Source of the DNA: Anaerolineales bacterium UBA2317
GTDB lineage: Bacteria > Chloroflexota > Anaerolineae > Anaerolineales > Villigracilaceae
Direction: 5' to 3'
Assembly (NCBI GenBank): GCA_002345215.1
Contig: DDVH01000052.1
Span: forward strand, 2,522-66,521
DNA: 64,000 bases
This document shows positions 8,835-19,882 of this stretch, piece after piece (positions within the stretch are counted from its first letter, which is position 1; each line of letters opens with the position of its first letter). The position numbers and the translations under genes are program-made. The notes under the pieces are model-generated. The model made no database searches, had not been told where the DNA came from, and saw only the letters and a program-made list of their open reading frames with translations.

Positions 8835-9572
8835 ATGTTAGAAATTAAATCTTTTTTTGAAAATCTAAAAGAACAGATATATATACTAGGAAAGCGTTTT
8901 GTTTTGTTATATTATTTACTAGTCTTTTTGATACTAGCAATCGCTTTTTGGGTTACAGTAGCCAATCCTTTAATATCACATAAAGATTTATTTATTGATA
9001 TTTTAGCTTTGGTTGATTTACCTTTTTATACAGGTTATATGTCTCAATTGGGAATACTTATTTGGAGTGCAAGTGCTACTTCTTGTTTACTAGCCTTTTA
9101 TCTCTTGAAAAAATTTAACAAAGGTTCTTTAAATGCAAGGCAATTTCTTTTTTACTCAGGGCTGATCTCTCTTTTTCTGACGTTTGATGATATGTTTCTT
9201 CTTCATGAAGAAGTGGCAGCGCAATATCTTGATATAGGTCAGAAAAAAGTATATTTGATATATTTTCTAATTATCGCATTGTTTCTTTATTTAAACCGTT
9301 ATGAGATTTTATCTAGTGATTATTTGTTATTAATGATTGCGTTTGGACTTTTTGGTGGTTCTATTTTATTGGATGTTGTAGCCGATACTTTTTCTGATAT
9401 CCTTGAAGCTTCGAATTCACTCTTTGCAAGGCATGAGGTCTTTTTAGAGGATGGGATAAAATTTACCGGAATAGCAAGTTGGTTACTGTATTACTTAAAT
9501 TATATTAATAAACTATTTGATAATACATTTGGTGCTGTTACATCTTCTGCAAATAATGATGAATCTAAATAA
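8835..9572 (+). CDS. AT-rich multi-pass membrane protein, unknown function
   Basis: 245 aa with about 6-7 hydrophobic segments; GGAGG SD; FDDMFLLHE and FLEDGIKF motifs. Confidence 0.7.
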   Translation: MLEIKSFFENLKEQIYILGKRFVLLYYLLVFLILAIAFWVTVANPLISHKDLFIDILALVDLPFYTGYMSQLGILIWSASATSCLLAFYLLKKFNKGSLNARQFLFYSGLISLFLTFDDMFLLHEEVAAQYLDIGQKKVYLIYFLIIALFLYLNRYEILSSDYLLLMIAFGLFGGSILLDVVADTFSDILEASNSLFARHEVFLEDGIKFTGIASWLLYYLNYINKLFDNTFGAVTSSANNDESK

Positions 9573-9602
9573 GGACACATAATTAAGCAGAACGGAGTCG
9601 AC

Positions 9603-10118
9603 ATGAAGCCACTTGCATCAGATGAAAAACTTGCGACGGTGATGGTGTATACACATCACATGTTTGTGCGCGGAGAAATTGTTGTAAAAGAAAATGTGCG
9701 CGCGAGCATTTGGTTGCGGACTCAAAATCAATTAAATTATATTCATTTGCAAAAACCAAATGTGTTGTTGTTTGCGGGTGCACAACCAAAATCATTTTCT
9801 TATAACGAAATGTTTGTATCTATCAAAGAAGTGATTGCATTTCATGTTGCCCCGCCCGGTGAAGAACCTGCTGATTTTGAAACCAGCGAATTAAATCGTG
9901 TGATGCAATTTGTAGATGTTTTATTGGGGTCATTTACGATGAAGGGGAAAATCCGCATCTCGACTCAAAGCGACCTGGCTACTAACCTCGACATTTCTCA
10001 CGCGACATGGATGTCAGTTTATGATGCAGACGTGAGCAATTTATATTTGCCGCAATTCAATATGCATGTGCCAATGTTGTTAGTGAACCCCAGTGAAGTT
10101 AGTTTTGGAATTGGGTGA
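9603..10118 (+). CDS. Hypothetical protein
   Basis: 171 aa, GGAG SD, two similar beta-rich halves. Confidence 0.7.
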   Translation: MKPLASDEKLATVMVYTHHMFVRGEIVVKENVRASIWLRTQNQLNYIHLQKPNVLLFAGAQPKSFSYNEMFVSIKEVIAFHVAPPGEEPADFETSELNRVMQFVDVLLGSFTMKGKIRISTQSDLATNLDISHATWMSVYDADVSNLYLPQFNMHVPMLLVNPSEVSFGIG

Positions 10119-10127
10119 AGAGCATAT

Positions 10128-10190
10128 CCACAGAGAACACAGAGTTCTCAGAGAAAAAATCTCAAAGCTCTCTGTAACCTCTGTGGCTAA
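10128..10190. repeat. CACAGAG-type 9-mer palindromic element
   Basis: CCACAGAGAACACAGAG...CTCTGTAACCTCTGTGG; related copies at 15953, 20371, 39528 and 60122. Confidence 0.8.
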
Positions 10191-10192
10191 GA

Positions 10193-10603
10193 ATGTTTAT
10201 GGACTTTTCATTAACCACTCCCGCATTATTATTCCCGACAGTTTCATTATTATTGCTCGCCTACACCAATCGCTTCTTGACTCTCGCCACAATCATCCGC
10301 AATTTACATAATCAATATCATAAAAGTCAAGACGAAACTTTGCTTCCACAAATTGATAACTTGCGCCAGCGCGTGTATTTGATTAAGAATATGCAAATCT
10401 TTGGTGTGTTGAGTTTGTTATTATGCGTAATGAGCATGTTTGCTTTGTTCGCAGGTTGGAATTTGACAGGTCAATGGATTTTTGCAATTGCATTAATTTT
10501 GATGATGATTTCACTTGCTATTTCATTAAGAGAATTACAAATTTCATCTGTGGCATTGGATTTGTTACTAACTGATTTAGAAGAACACGAAAAAACGACC
10601 TAG
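10193..10603 (+). CDS. DUF2721-like membrane protein
   Basis: TTPALLFPTVSLLLLAYTNRF N-terminus and three TM segments. Confidence 0.75.
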   Translation: MFMDFSLTTPALLFPTVSLLLLAYTNRFLTLATIIRNLHNQYHKSQDETLLPQIDNLRQRVYLIKNMQIFGVLSLLLCVMSMFALFAGWNLTGQWIFAIALILMMISLAISLRELQISSVALDLLLTDLEEHEKTT

Positions 10604-10612
10604 GAGGTTTGT

Positions 10613-11125
10613 ATGAAAGCGTGGATAAAAGCGGGAATCATTGTGGGAATTTTGCAAATCGTATTCACATTGCCTGCCTTTACTATTTTCTTCTTGCCAA
10701 TTGAAATTGGGGTGATTATCAGTTACATTGCTTGTTTTATTTTCTTATTCCTTTATCCTTTGCCCGGCATACTAGACGTACACTGGACTGCTGAGCCACG
10801 TCCGCAAAATGAGATTTTAAAATCTGGTGCATTATCAGGTTTTTTGGCTTCAAGCATTGACGGGGTGATAACGTTCTTATTAATTTTGCTGGTTTCTGTC
10901 ACAGGCTGCATGGAGTCATACTTATATGAAGCCATCCCAGCCGAAATGGAAGCCTTAAGCCAAGCAGGTTTTGGTCCGATGTTCTTCATTGTTTTGACAT
11001 TGATTCAAACTTGTATTGCTTTAATTTTTCACATTCTCACAGGTGTTATCCTCAGCCCAGTGGGTGGATTGATTTATGCAAATATCAAGAATAAAAGAGT
11101 GGAATTAAAGAAGGAGAAACAATGA
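10613..11125 (+). CDS. Hypothetical membrane protein
   Basis: AGGAGG SD; four hydrophobic segments. Confidence 0.7.
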   Translation: MKAWIKAGIIVGILQIVFTLPAFTIFFLPIEIGVIISYIACFIFLFLYPLPGILDVHWTAEPRPQNEILKSGALSGFLASSIDGVITFLLILLVSVTGCMESYLYEAIPAEMEALSQAGFGPMFFIVLTLIQTCIALIFHILTGVILSPVGGLIYANIKNKRVELKKEKQ

Positions 11126-11343
11126 TGGAAGATAATGAAAACCGAGAAAATGAAAATCGAGAAGATGAAGAATTAGATATAGAACTCACCTTACAACATT
11201 TGCTTGCATATTCTTCAGATCCCGATTTGAAAAAAAGAGTGGTTGAAAAAATCTCTAAAAACACTAATTTGCCTCCAGAAAAAATAGAGGAGTCTCTTCA
11301 GGTATTGCTCAAGATTTTAATGAATATGTCTCGTTCAAATTAA
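11122..11343 (+). CDS. Small hypothetical protein with an acidic N-terminus
   Basis: AAGGAG SD; ATGA overlap with the upstream stop. Confidence 0.6.
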   Translation: MMEDNENRENENREDEELDIELTLQHLLAYSSDPDLKKRVVEKISKNTNLPPEKIEESLQVLLKILMNMSRSN

Positions 11344-11360
11344 AGTTTTCGAGATGATTT

Positions 11361-11738
11361 ATGAAAACAAAAACATTTCCCAAAGCCACACTTGAAAAGA
11401 TTCAAAAAGAAAGAATGCTCGGAATTCGGGTTGGCACAAATTCAGAGCATAAAATTATCGGTATATGGGTTGTGACTGTAAACGGAAGAGTCTTTGTGCG
11501 CTCATGGACTCGAAAGCCACGCAGTTGGTGGCGGACGTTTCTCGAAGACCCAAATGGCACGATTTATGTGGCAGGCTCAAAGCGTGGAATCAAAGTCCGT
11601 GCTAAGCAAGTGAAAGATAACGCATTGAATGATTTGGTTACGAAGGCGTATAAAGAAAAATACAATAAACCCGGTGATTTACATTATGTGGCGGAGAAGA
11701 GTCCAAGAGAGACTACGACAGAGTTGGTGGTGATTTAA
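11361..11738 (+). CDS. DUF2255-like protein
   Basis: IWVVTVNGRVFVRS...W and AYKEKY pattern. Confidence 0.65.
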   Translation: MKTKTFPKATLEKIQKERMLGIRVGTNSEHKIIGIWVVTVNGRVFVRSWTRKPRSWWRTFLEDPNGTIYVAGSKRGIKVRAKQVKDNALNDLVTKAYKEKYNKPGDLHYVAEKSPRETTTELVVI

Positions 11739-11799
11739 GTAATCTAATAGTAAAAAATATTAAAATATGCTAGATTAAATTTTATACTGGAGGTAAATT

Positions 11800-12216
11800 A
11801 TGCCTAAAAGAGATGATTTTTCTTACCAAGAGATATATGAAGAAGTAGGAAGAACTTATAGATACTTCCTAAGTTGGAGACATGCTTTATTGGGAGGCTA
11901 TCTAATTGGTATTTACACACTATTTTCACATTATTTTGAAAATAATGATATGAATATACAACGAAATTTACTTATTTGTCTGTTTGTCATCACAATAGTT
12001 TTCTGGATGATTGAATATCGTATTAGAGAACTTTATAGGGCTTGTACAAATTCTGGAGCAAAAATCGAAACTGACAATAAATTTTCATCGATTGGTATTT
12101 ATGTTAAATTAGATAGTAAAGATATGAGGGGAAGAATCATTTCTCATAGTAATGCATTTAACATTTTATTCTTGTCTGTCTTATTGGCAGTAATCTATCT
12201 GTCTTTTAAATTATAA
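11800..12216 (+). CDS. AT-rich small membrane protein (about 3 TM), unknown function
   Basis: GGAGG SD; hydrophobic segments at about aa 28-45, 57-72 and 120-137. Confidence 0.7.
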   Translation: MPKRDDFSYQEIYEEVGRTYRYFLSWRHALLGGYLIGIYTLFSHYFENNDMNIQRNLLICLFVITIVFWMIEYRIRELYRACTNSGAKIETDNKFSSIGIYVKLDSKDMRGRIISHSNAFNILFLSVLLAVIYLSFKL

Positions 12217-12233
12217 ATAGAAGATGTTTATAA

Positions 12234-13388
<1,155 letters not shown>

Positions 13389-13397
13389 AGAATCTCA

Positions 13398-14210
13398 ATG
13401 AATTTTATACATGCAATCATCCTTGGCATTGTTCAAGGATTAACTGAGTTTATTCCCGTTTCATCTACTGCTCATCTATTCATCACCACTTATTTGCTTG
13501 GGCTTCCGTCAGATAATTTAGCTTTTTCATTTAATGTCATCATCCAACTTGGGACAGTGCTTGCCATGTTGGCTTTCTTTTGGAGAGACATTTGGCATAT
13601 AGTGCAAGCGTTTTTATTAGGAATAAAAGATAAAAAACCTTTTGAAGATTTTTATTCACGACTTGGGTGGCTAATTATTGTTGCCTCAATCCCTGCTTTG
13701 ATTGCTGGATTTTTATTACAAGATTTCGTCAAGCAAATGTCTGCGGATTCATTGTTGTGGGCTGGGATTCGTTTGTTATTCACAGCCATATTGCTTTTTG
13801 TCGTGGAATACTTTGATAGAAAGAATCGTACACTTGAGTCTGCTACTTGGTTAGATGCTCTAACCGTTGGCTTATTTCAAATCTTAGCAATTTTTCCCGG
13901 CGCTTCACGTTCTGGTTCGACGATGACTGGAGCCATGTTCCGCGGCTTTGACCGTCCTTCAGCGGCACGGTTTGCATTTCTAATGTCTGCGCCGATTTTG
14001 TTAGCCGCAGGGATTTATGAATCTATTCAAGTGATTGCTTTACCAAACACAACTGAATTTATGCCAATTCTGATGACAGGCTTTGTCACTTCTGCAATTG
14101 TGGGGTGGATGTCTATTAAGTGGTTGTTGAATTACTTAAGGAATAATTCACTTTATCTTTTTTCAACCTATTGTTTAATTGTGGGTATTATTGTTTTGGT
14201 GATTAGATAA
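13398..14210 (+). CDS. uppP: Undecaprenyl-diphosphate phosphatase (BacA family)
   Basis: GIVQGLTEFIPVSSTAH and PGASRSG motifs. Confidence 0.96.
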   Translation: MNFIHAIILGIVQGLTEFIPVSSTAHLFITTYLLGLPSDNLAFSFNVIIQLGTVLAMLAFFWRDIWHIVQAFLLGIKDKKPFEDFYSRLGWLIIVASIPALIAGFLLQDFVKQMSADSLLWAGIRLLFTAILLFVVEYFDRKNRTLESATWLDALTVGLFQILAIFPGASRSGSTMTGAMFRGFDRPSAARFAFLMSAPILLAAGIYESIQVIALPNTTEFMPILMTGFVTSAIVGWMSIKWLLNYLRNNSLYLFSTYCLIVGIIVLVIR

Positions 14211-14212
14211 TT

Positions 14213-15298
14213 ATGGACACAAAATCTCTCCTCAAACTTCTTGTTGAAACTGAATCCCCATCACATGATAAAGATGCGGTTAATAAAGTTGCTTCCACTG
14301 TTATAGAAGAAGCGAAAAAACTTGGTGCACATGTTGAGGTGATAGAAAATGTTGAAACGGGCAATCATGTTATATCTAAATGGGGAAGCGGAAAGAATCA
14401 AATTTTATTTTTGTGTCATTTAGATACAGTCTTTTCATTAAATACAATCCATAAAATGCCATATCGTGAAGCGGATGGAAAAATTTTTGGTCCTGGCACG
14501 TTAGATATGAAATCAGGTATCGTCATTGCATTAGGTGCAATTGAAGATGCGATTAAAAATGGAATGGCTCGTTCGGTCACTTTGTTGTGTACATCCGATG
14601 AAGAAATTGGCAGTGAAACATCACGACATTTAATTGAAAAGCTTGCTAAAGAATCTGAATTGGTGTTGGTGATGGAATCGGCTTTGGTAGATGGCTCTTT
14701 GAAAACTTGGCGCAAAGGTGTTGGCGAATTTTGGGTGAAGACGAAAGGCATTGCTTCTCACGCAGGTGGTGACCATGAAAAGGGTCGCAATGCGATTGAA
14801 GAAATGGCGCATCAAATTCTCAAGATTCAAAAGTTAACTGATTATTCAAAACAAACCACTTTAAATGTTGGCGTGATTAATGGCGGAACGGTTTCAAATG
14901 TTGTGCCTGATGAATGTACGATTCAAGTAGATGTGCGTGTGATGCAACCCGGCGAATGGGAACGACTCGAATCTGAAATGAAAAAGTTAAAACCAGTTTT
15001 AGATGGAACATCGCTTCAGATTACGGGCGGATTGAATCGTCCGCCGATGCCATTTGATTCAATTATGGAAAATACATTTGCAAAAGCAAAAGCGATTGCC
15101 AAAGAAATTGGTATTGAATTAAAAGCAGGCGGGTCAGGCGGCGGTTCAGATGGAAACTTTGTTGCACCGCTTGGTATCCCTGTGATAGATGGAATGGGTG
15201 CAGTGGGTGAAGGGTATCACTCAGAACGTGAATTTATTTTTGAGAATTGTTTGGAAGAACGAGTTAAGTTAATTTCGGAGTTGTTGAGAAAGTGGTAA
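14213..15298 (+). CDS. M20 family metallopeptidase (glutamate carboxypeptidase-like)
   Basis: HLDTV, GPGTLDMKSG, DEEIGS, SHAG and GYHS motifs. Confidence 0.92.
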   Translation: MDTKSLLKLLVETESPSHDKDAVNKVASTVIEEAKKLGAHVEVIENVETGNHVISKWGSGKNQILFLCHLDTVFSLNTIHKMPYREADGKIFGPGTLDMKSGIVIALGAIEDAIKNGMARSVTLLCTSDEEIGSETSRHLIEKLAKESELVLVMESALVDGSLKTWRKGVGEFWVKTKGIASHAGGDHEKGRNAIEEMAHQILKIQKLTDYSKQTTLNVGVINGGTVSNVVPDECTIQVDVRVMQPGEWERLESEMKKLKPVLDGTSLQITGGLNRPPMPFDSIMENTFAKAKAIAKEIGIELKAGGSGGGSDGNFVAPLGIPVIDGMGAVGEGYHSEREFIFENCLEERVKLISELLRKW

Positions 15299-15954
15299 TT
15301 AAAGAAAGAAGAAAGAGGAAAGATTTTTGGAAAGTAGAAAGTGGAAAGTGGTATCTCTTTCTTCTTTCCTCTTTCCTTATCTCTTGCTCAACACCACAAC
15401 CAACAACACCGAATCAAGTCATTACTATCAACTATTCCCCATTCACTGAAAACCAAATGAATGAAGTCTACGCTTGTGCAAATGACTTGTCTATTATTTT
15501 GAAAATTTCAGAAGAACCTGACATCCGTTTTCAACTTGGTGAGCCTGAAATTTTATTGGGGAATGCGTATCAGATTGGCGAAGAGGAGATTGTGGTTGTA
15601 GTAAATCAACAAAGCGAGTTGGGAACGCTTTCATTAAATGAAGTGCAAAATCTTTTTGCAAGCGGAGAAAATGTTTGGGTGTATGCTGAAGGTGAGGAAA
15701 TGCAGAGGTCGTTTGACCAATTCGTAATGTCAGGAAGAAGCGTTTCTTCATCTGCAGAAGTGGTGCCGAATCCCAAAATCATGATTCAGGTTTTGGAAGA
15801 AAATCCAAATGCAGTTGGGTTTATTCCAGAAAGTTTGCTGACGCAAAATTTGAAAGAAATTTATTCGGTTGGCAATTTTCCCGTTTTGGCAATTCCTGAG
15901 GTAGAGCCACAAGGGGCTGTGAAAAGTTTGATTGGTTGTTTGCAAGATTCTTAA
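15292..15954 (+). CDS. Lipoprotein with a PstS/PBP-like fold; signal peptide encoded by a palindromic repeat
   Basis: GTG start overlaps the M20 stop; lipobox LISC at aa 29-32; IVVVVN...LSLNEVQNLF and NAVGFIP resemble periplasmic binding proteins. Confidence 0.7.
   Translation: MVIKERRKRKDFWKVESGKWYLFLLSSFLISCSTPQPTTPNQVITINYSPFTENQMNEVYACANDLSIILKISEEPDIRFQLGEPEILLGNAYQIGEEEIVVVVNQQSELGTLSLNEVQNLFASGENVWVYAEGEEMQRSFDQFVMSGRSVSSSAEVVPNPKIMIQVLEENPNAVGFIPESLLTQNLKEIYSVGNFPVLAIPEVEPQGAVKSLIGCLQDS
15301..15378. repeat. Heptamer (GAAAGAR) inverted repeat within the CDS
   Basis: Left arm 15301-15323 and reverse complement of right arm 15356-15378 match at 20 of 23 positions; GAAAGTR heptamers lie between them. 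Confidence 0.8.
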
Positions 15955-16027
15955 CCACAAAGGGTCACGAAGGTACACAAAGATTTTAAGGTTTTTCTTT
16001 GTGACCCTTTGTCTCCTTTGTGGTGAA
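15953..16027. repeat. CACAGAG/CACAAAG-type palindromic element
   Basis: AACCACAAAGGGTCACGAAGG...CTTTGTGACCCTTTGTCTCCTTTGTGGT. Confidence 0.8.
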
Positions 16028-16094
16028 TTTTTGAAAGTAAGTTGTAAATAAGTCCTTTGCGCCAAAATGCACAAAAGGGGTAAAATCGTTTTGT

Positions 16095-16823
16095 ATGTCA
16101 ACACCAATTCTTGAATTGAAAAATGTTAACAAAACTTATTCCACAGCGGCGGGGGATTTTGTCGCATTAAAAAATATCAACCTCAAAGTGCAAGCGGGTG
16201 AGTTTTTAGGCGTGGTCGGAAAATCTGGCGCGGGAAAATCTACATTACTAAACATGATAAACGGCGTCGATACTTTATCAAGCGGCGATGTGTTTGTAAA
16301 AAATATTTCAGTGCACGATATGAGCGAAGATCAACGCGCACATTGGCGTGGAAAAACAATGGGCGTGGTCTATCAATCATTTCAATTACTGCCGATGTTA
16401 ACTTTAATTGAAAATATAACTTTGCCAATCGACTTAGCGGAAAATTTCAAACCACGCGAATCAAAAGAACGTGCTATGGAATTATTGCGCATGGTTGAAC
16501 TTGAAGAACACGCCAATAAACTTCCCGCATTTATTTCGGGTGGTCAGCAACAACGTGTTGCCATTGCACGTGCCTTAGCAAACGACCCTGAAATTTTAGT
16601 TGCCGATGAGCCCACAGGAAGTTTAGATTCTGTTACGGCTGATATTATTTTTGATTTATTTTCCAAACTTGTTTATGAAAAAAATAAAACTATCATCATG
16701 GTTACACATGATATGAGTTTGACTGGAAAATTTTCGCGCAGTTTAACCATGCAAGATGGTGAATTGATTGAAGCGGAACTTGAACCTGCTTTTGATAAAA
16801 CCATGATGCGGAGGCGTAAATGA
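16095..16823 (+). CDS. ABC transporter ATP-binding protein (LolD/MacB-like)
   Basis: GKSGAGKS, ISGGQQQR, ILVADEPTG and VTHD motifs. Confidence 0.95.
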   Translation: MSTPILELKNVNKTYSTAAGDFVALKNINLKVQAGEFLGVVGKSGAGKSTLLNMINGVDTLSSGDVFVKNISVHDMSEDQRAHWRGKTMGVVYQSFQLLPMLTLIENITLPIDLAENFKPRESKERAMELLRMVELEEHANKLPAFISGGQQQRVAIARALANDPEILVADEPTGSLDSVTADIIFDLFSKLVYEKNKTIIMVTHDMSLTGKFSRSLTMQDGELIEAELEPAFDKTMMRRRK

Positions 16824-17983
16824 TTCAAAGCGCGCCTCACACTTCAGTGATACTTGATTCTGCTTCCTCAACAGATTCTATGATTGAACTTCGTTCGCTG
16901 GTCAAACGCTTCTCCAACGCGGCTGGGGAATTTACTGTATTAAAAGGAATAGACCTGACTATCAATCGCGGAGAATTTGTTTCTATCGTTGGTAAATCTG
17001 GTAGTGGAAAATCTACATTATTGAACATGATTACCGGCATTGACCATCCCACTGAAGGGCAAGTCATCGTCAATGGCACAGATATTTATGATGGAGTCAA
17101 TGAAAGCACACGCTCGAAATGGCGCGGAAAAAACTTAGGCATTGTCTTTCAATTTTTTCAATTACTTCCTATGCTCACATTACTTGAAAACGTCATGCTC
17201 CCAATGGATTATGTGAACATGTACGATTTTGATGAACGTCCGCAACGGGCGATGGAATTATTGAAATTAGTTGGTTTGGAAAAATTTGCAAATAAATTAC
17301 CAGTTTTAGTTTCTACAGGTCAACAACAATTAGCGGCGATTGCGCGTGCTATGGCATGTGATCCTCCATTGTTAATCGCTGATGAACCGACGGGAAATTT
17401 AGATACAAAATCAGCCGATACGATTATCGGATTATTTGAGCATTTTGTTTCACAAGGCAAAACGATTGTGATGGTGACACATGACCCATCCTTAACTTCT
17501 CGTACACATCGCAATATCATCATTTCTGATGGCGAATTGATTAATGAAACAATTTCACGCTCACTGCCACAATTGAGACATCGTCACATGCTAGAGTTTA
17601 CGAAACTTGCTCAAAATAAAATGTATCAACCACATGAGACCATACTCTCGCGTGATGAACATGTAGATTACTTCTTTATGATTCGCTACGGCGAAGTGGA
17701 GGTGGTGTTACAAGATAAAAAGAAAGAAACTGTCATTTCTAAATTAGGTAAAGATGAATTTTTTGGCGAGATGGAATTATTGCGCGGCGGTAAAGCGATT
17801 GCAAACGTGCGTGCAGGCAGTAAACCTGTGGAATTGGTTTTGCTTCCCCGAGCAGACTTTACCCGTGTGATGAACGAGTCTCCCATCACGGCAGAAGCGG
17901 TTAGTAAAATTGTTCAAAGAAGACTCGAAGCGCAAAAAATGATTGACCCAAGACAATCATCAATCAAAAATCGTAAATCGTAA
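16820..17983 (+). CDS. ABC ATPase (LolD/MacB-like) fused to a C-terminal cNMP-binding-like domain
   Basis: GKSGSGKS, variant signature VSTGQQQ, ADEPTG, VTHD; C-terminal GEVEV...FFGEMELL...ANVRA. Confidence 0.9.
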   Translation: MIQSAPHTSVILDSASSTDSMIELRSLVKRFSNAAGEFTVLKGIDLTINRGEFVSIVGKSGSGKSTLLNMITGIDHPTEGQVIVNGTDIYDGVNESTRSKWRGKNLGIVFQFFQLLPMLTLLENVMLPMDYVNMYDFDERPQRAMELLKLVGLEKFANKLPVLVSTGQQQLAAIARAMACDPPLLIADEPTGNLDTKSADTIIGLFEHFVSQGKTIVMVTHDPSLTSRTHRNIIISDGELINETISRSLPQLRHRHMLEFTKLAQNKMYQPHETILSRDEHVDYFFMIRYGEVEVVLQDKKKETVISKLGKDEFFGEMELLRGGKAIANVRAGSKPVELVLLPRADFTRVMNESPITAEAVSKIVQRRLEAQKMIDPRQSSIKNRKS

Positions 17984-17989
17984 ATTGAA

Positions 17990-19882
17990 ATGTCTAATAT
18001 CCGCAAACTCCCGCAAGTTTTATATATAGAAGACAGCGACGAATCTCGTTCGTTGGTGCGGCGTTTGTTGGCTGAAAAATATATCGTCTTAGAAGCATCG
18101 AATCCGTTAGATGGTTTGCAACTTGCAGAAGAGACACAACCGAATTTAATTTTGCTCGACCATAATCTCCCACACATGACCGGTAGTGAAGCCGCGACAC
18201 GTTTGAAACAAATGTTGCCAAACACACCGATTGTAATTGTCTCGGCGGATACTTCGCCTGGTGCAAGAGAACGTGCGCTTGCGGCTGGCGCGGTTGGTTT
18301 TATTTCTAAACCAATTGATGATGATTTTGAAACATTGGTTACAGATTATTTGAATGGCAAAGTTGAAAAATTGGCTCATGCCGAAAAATATTTGCAAGCC
18401 TATCAACAAGAATTGGTGGAACGGCTCGAAGGCAATATTCGCCAATTAACCAGTGCGCTTGAAAAAAATAAACATTTGCTTTCACAAAATGAAAGAATGT
18501 TTAGCATGTTAGACCGTCGTCATAAATTGTTACAAACTGCGGCGCGCGTCGGGCAAATGGTCACGTCAATTTTGGATTTGAATGATTTGCTCAAGCATAC
18601 CGTCAATATTATTTGTAGTGAATTTAATTTTTATTACTCGGGAATCTTTTTGTTATCTGATGATAGACAATTTGCAGAACTTCGTGCAGGCTATGCACTG
18701 GCTGGGCGAAAAATGTTAGAAGCCAAATATCGTCTGCCAGTCGATGAACAATCTATGATTGGCAAATCTATTTTGACTCAGATTCCGCAAATTGCTTCGG
18801 ATGCTGAACATGAGCAATCACGCTTCAAGAATCCGTTTTTGCCTGATACAAAATCTGAAATGGCTCTTCCCCTTATAGTGGATTCGGTTCCGCTTGGTGC
18901 ATTGACAGTGCAGAGTAATCAAATCAATGCCTTTTCAGAAGATGATATTACGTCTTTGCAGGCTATGTCAGAACAGGTAGCGATTGCGATTAATAATGCG
19001 CAATTGATGAAGAAACTTGAATCTGCAAACTCAGAATTATTGCGCACGAAAACATACGAAGCGATTGCAACTGCTACAGGTGAAGCCATTCATTGGGTGG
19101 GTAACAAAGCCGCACCGATTCCCGGTAGTATCAACCGTGTAAGAGAAGATATTAAATATTTATTGGCTTTGTTTGCCAGCATGGATGAATCAGGCTTGGA
19201 AAATGAATCACTGAAAGAAGCGGTTCGCAACGTCAGAGAAGAGGCGCAAAATCAAGGCTTGGATTTGAAATCTATCTTGGAAGAAATGTCTGAATTGAAA
19301 TCAAATCGTTTGCAGGCTTTGCTTAGTGTTGAATCGTTGATGGAGGATTTAACAATTGCGGAAAATAGTGCCAATACAATTTTAGAAATCAAAGAAGGTT
19401 TGATTGGACCCGCACGCCAACGCAGTGATGCAAGTATTTCGTTAGAAATGATGATTACAACTACGGTTGAAAATATGGGCTTGCCTGATGGTGCAGTGGA
19501 AATGGGTTGGGAAAAAGATTTGCCATTGGTGCATGGTGATGTACGCCAATTGGAACAAGTGTTTAATAATTTAATAAAGAACGCTTGGGAAGCGTTAACG
19601 AATGCAAATGTGACGAATCCGAAAATTACCATTGCGGGTTGTCGTGATAATGACCCATATTATGTTTTGGTGATTGTGAAAGATAATGGACCTGGCATTC
19701 CAAAAGAAATTCAAGAAAAAATTTGGGTTTCATTTTTTACGACAAAAGGCGGCAAAGGTGGAACAGGTTTGGGGCTTTCGGCTGTGATGCAAATTGTGAA
19801 TCAACATGGCGGAAAGATTTGGTTAGAAAGTGAAAATGGTAACGGTGCAACTTTTTATGTGAGGTTGCCGATTGAAAGGTAG
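17990..19882 (+). CDS. Soluble hybrid histidine kinase: REC-coiled coil-GAF-HisKA-like-HATPase
   Basis: REC residues IED, LLD, S, KP; GAF KSEMALPL; EAIHWVGNK; NLIKNA, DNGPGI, FFTTK and GTGLGLS. Confidence 0.9.
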   Translation: MSNIRKLPQVLYIEDSDESRSLVRRLLAEKYIVLEASNPLDGLQLAEETQPNLILLDHNLPHMTGSEAATRLKQMLPNTPIVIVSADTSPGARERALAAGAVGFISKPIDDDFETLVTDYLNGKVEKLAHAEKYLQAYQQELVERLEGNIRQLTSALEKNKHLLSQNERMFSMLDRRHKLLQTAARVGQMVTSILDLNDLLKHTVNIICSEFNFYYSGIFLLSDDRQFAELRAGYALAGRKMLEAKYRLPVDEQSMIGKSILTQIPQIASDAEHEQSRFKNPFLPDTKSEMALPLIVDSVPLGALTVQSNQINAFSEDDITSLQAMSEQVAIAINNAQLMKKLESANSELLRTKTYEAIATATGEAIHWVGNKAAPIPGSINRVREDIKYLLALFASMDESGLENESLKEAVRNVREEAQNQGLDLKSILEEMSELKSNRLQALLSVESLMEDLTIAENSANTILEIKEGLIGPARQRSDASISLEMMITTTVENMGLPDGAVEMGWEKDLPLVHGDVRQLEQVFNNLIKNAWEALTNANVTNPKITIAGCRDNDPYYVLVIVKDNGPGIPKEIQEKIWVSFFTTKGGKGGTGLGLSAVMQIVNQHGGKIWLESENGNGATFYVRLPIER

